Of a stretch of DNA of 60,132 nt, positions 58,956-60,132 are shown piece by piece. This stretch comes from an uncultured Nitrososphaerota archaeon (GTDB lineage: Archaea > Thermoproteota > Nitrososphaeria > Conexivisphaerales > DTJL01), in NCBI GenBank assembly GCA_963842885.1, contig CAWJIE010000008.1, forward strand, positions 1-60,132, in the 5' to 3' direction. The notes under the pieces are model-generated. The model saw nothing but the letters and a program-made list of their open reading frames with translations. It was not told where the DNA came from and made no database searches. Position numbers and translations under genes: made by a program. Each line of letters begins with the position of its first letter. The first letter of the stretch is position 1.

Positions 58956-59738
58956 TCATCGGGGCGGGGTGGCGATGGGTCTGCCCAGGTATGAGGAGGC
59001 GTTTTCCTCGATCGACCGTTCAAATTGGCGGAGATCGACTTCCTTCAAGCTCGCGGCGCGGAAGTAGACGCTTCCTATCATCATCGGCCATGACTCCCGT
59101 GATTCGAAGCAGGCCCCGTACCTCACGGGGCTGTCCGTCTCCAGGAGGAGCCTGTCGATGCGGGTGGCCAGGAGCAGCCTCTCCATCTTCTTGGAATACA
59201 CCACAGGCGGGCCGAACGATACGAAATAGCCCCTGTCCATGCTCTCCTCCAGCTCCTGCTCCGTGCCTTGGAACCAGTGGAGGAGGACTCTCAGGTCGAA
59301 CCCCGACAGGTCCTCCAAGGCCTCCCGGAGCCTCCCCCTCGTGTGTACGGACACCGGCTTCTTCCACCGGCTCGCGAGCTCCAGCTGAGCGACGAATTCC
59401 TTCCTGGACACCTCCAGGGCGATCCTCTGGTCGAGGCCGATCTCTCCTACCCCGTCCAAGTCGGAGGCGTGCGATTCGAACCAGCTGACGAAGGAGTCAA
59501 GGTCATGGCTCGGATTCGTGGGATGGAGGCCGGCGAAGAGAACCGAAAGGGCTCGGTTGCGCATGGCGAACTCGAAAGTGGGGAGGAGGTCGTCCATCCC
59601 CGTCGAGTTGTAGAAGACCACGACTCCCGGCGTCGTCGCCTCCCAGCCTGCCGCGGGGGCGGGGCCGATGTGGGCATGGGCGTCCACGAGGATCCCTGGC
59701 GGGTCCTCTGCGCCGGTGGAGGCGATTCTGGTGGGCAT
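58956..59738 (-). CDS. tatD: TatD family nuclease
   Basis: DAHAH, GLHP, GEIGLD, SVHTR, LHWF, ETDSP. Confidence 0.92.
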   Translation of the reverse strand: MPTRIASTGAEDPPGILVDAHAHIGPAPAAGWEATTPGVVVFYNSTGMDDLLPTFEFAMRNRALSVLFAGLHPTNPSHDLDSFVSWFESHASDLDGVGEIGLDQRIALEVSRKEFVAQLELASRWKKPVSVHTRGRLREALEDLSGFDLRVLLHWFQGTEQELEESMDRGYFVSFGPPVVYSKKMERLLLATRIDRLLLETDSPVRYGACFESRESWPMMIGSVYFRAASLKEVDLRQFERSIEENASSYLGRPIATPPR

Positions 59739-59803
59739 GGCGGCCTACAAACCTTAAAATGCCTCGGATTATATGTTTTGGCTCGTATTCGTGGTGTTTT
59801 GCA

Positions 59804-60022
59804 TTGAGTGAAGTCGAATTCGGTTCGGCCGCCGTGTACAGGATCCTGAAGAAGGCGGGGGCGGACAGGATAAGCGACGACGCCGTGGAGGAATTCAAGT
59901 CCTCCCTCGACGACATCGGCGTTCGCATAGGTCAGAAGGCCGTGGAGCTGGCCCTGCATGCGGGGCGCAAGACCATCAAGGCTGCCGACGTGAAGCTTGC
60001 CGTCAAGAACTTCCTGGAGTAG
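59804..60022 (+). CDS. Archaeal histone
   Basis: RILKKAGADRISDDA..HAGRKTIKAADVKLA. Confidence 0.96.
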   Translation: MSEVEFGSAAVYRILKKAGADRISDDAVEEFKSSLDDIGVRIGQKAVELALHAGRKTIKAADVKLAVKNFLE

Positions 60023-60132
60023 CGGCAGCGGGCTTCTCCGACCTGAAGGTCAGCGAACGCAAGGGCACGCCGACCTCAGTCTTTCGAGCGGAAGTCCCCG
60101 GCTGCTGCGTAAGCTGACCCTATCAGCAAAGC

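Noticed and set aside
14809-59959. Many long antisense or alternate-frame ORFs (e.g. 18714..19577, 37028..37963, 37282..38154, 50210..50944)
   Set aside because: Shadow ORFs of confidently identified genes, expected at high GC3

Overview
Archaeal chromosomal segment. The TBP, histone, Rpo6, Alba, Rps17e, Cgi121 and archaeal MAT genes, and especially the MPKTTPLISIENVVAS TBP N-terminus, point to a GC-rich Nitrososphaerota (thaumarchaeal) lineage. The anaerobic enzymes suggest a non-ammonia-oxidising member (inference). About 3.0-14.1 kb is a visibly AT-richer accessory region. It holds an IS481-like remnant, an array of four small unrelated genes separated by same-orientation degenerate repeats (up to ~130 bp) with an 11-6-11 palindrome (candidate cassette system), tbp, two tail-to-tail IS6-family cargo elements (one with HEPN cargo) and an iteron-like repeat cluster. 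The remainder is core genome: a YdjG/YdjI-like envelope operon, TrmB regulators with a Cas4-like/HAD fusion, hdrCBA-mvhDGA, Elp3, an intron-containing tRNA-Cys, por operon, moaA, ilvE, tdk, rpoK, alba, mat, a catalytically dead MCM-like protein, ileS, ubiX, a SerK-like/SAMP/cgi121 operon and a histone. Many conserved genes carry single-base frameshifts, most likely assembly errors. All calls come from manual motif recognition; no database searches were run.
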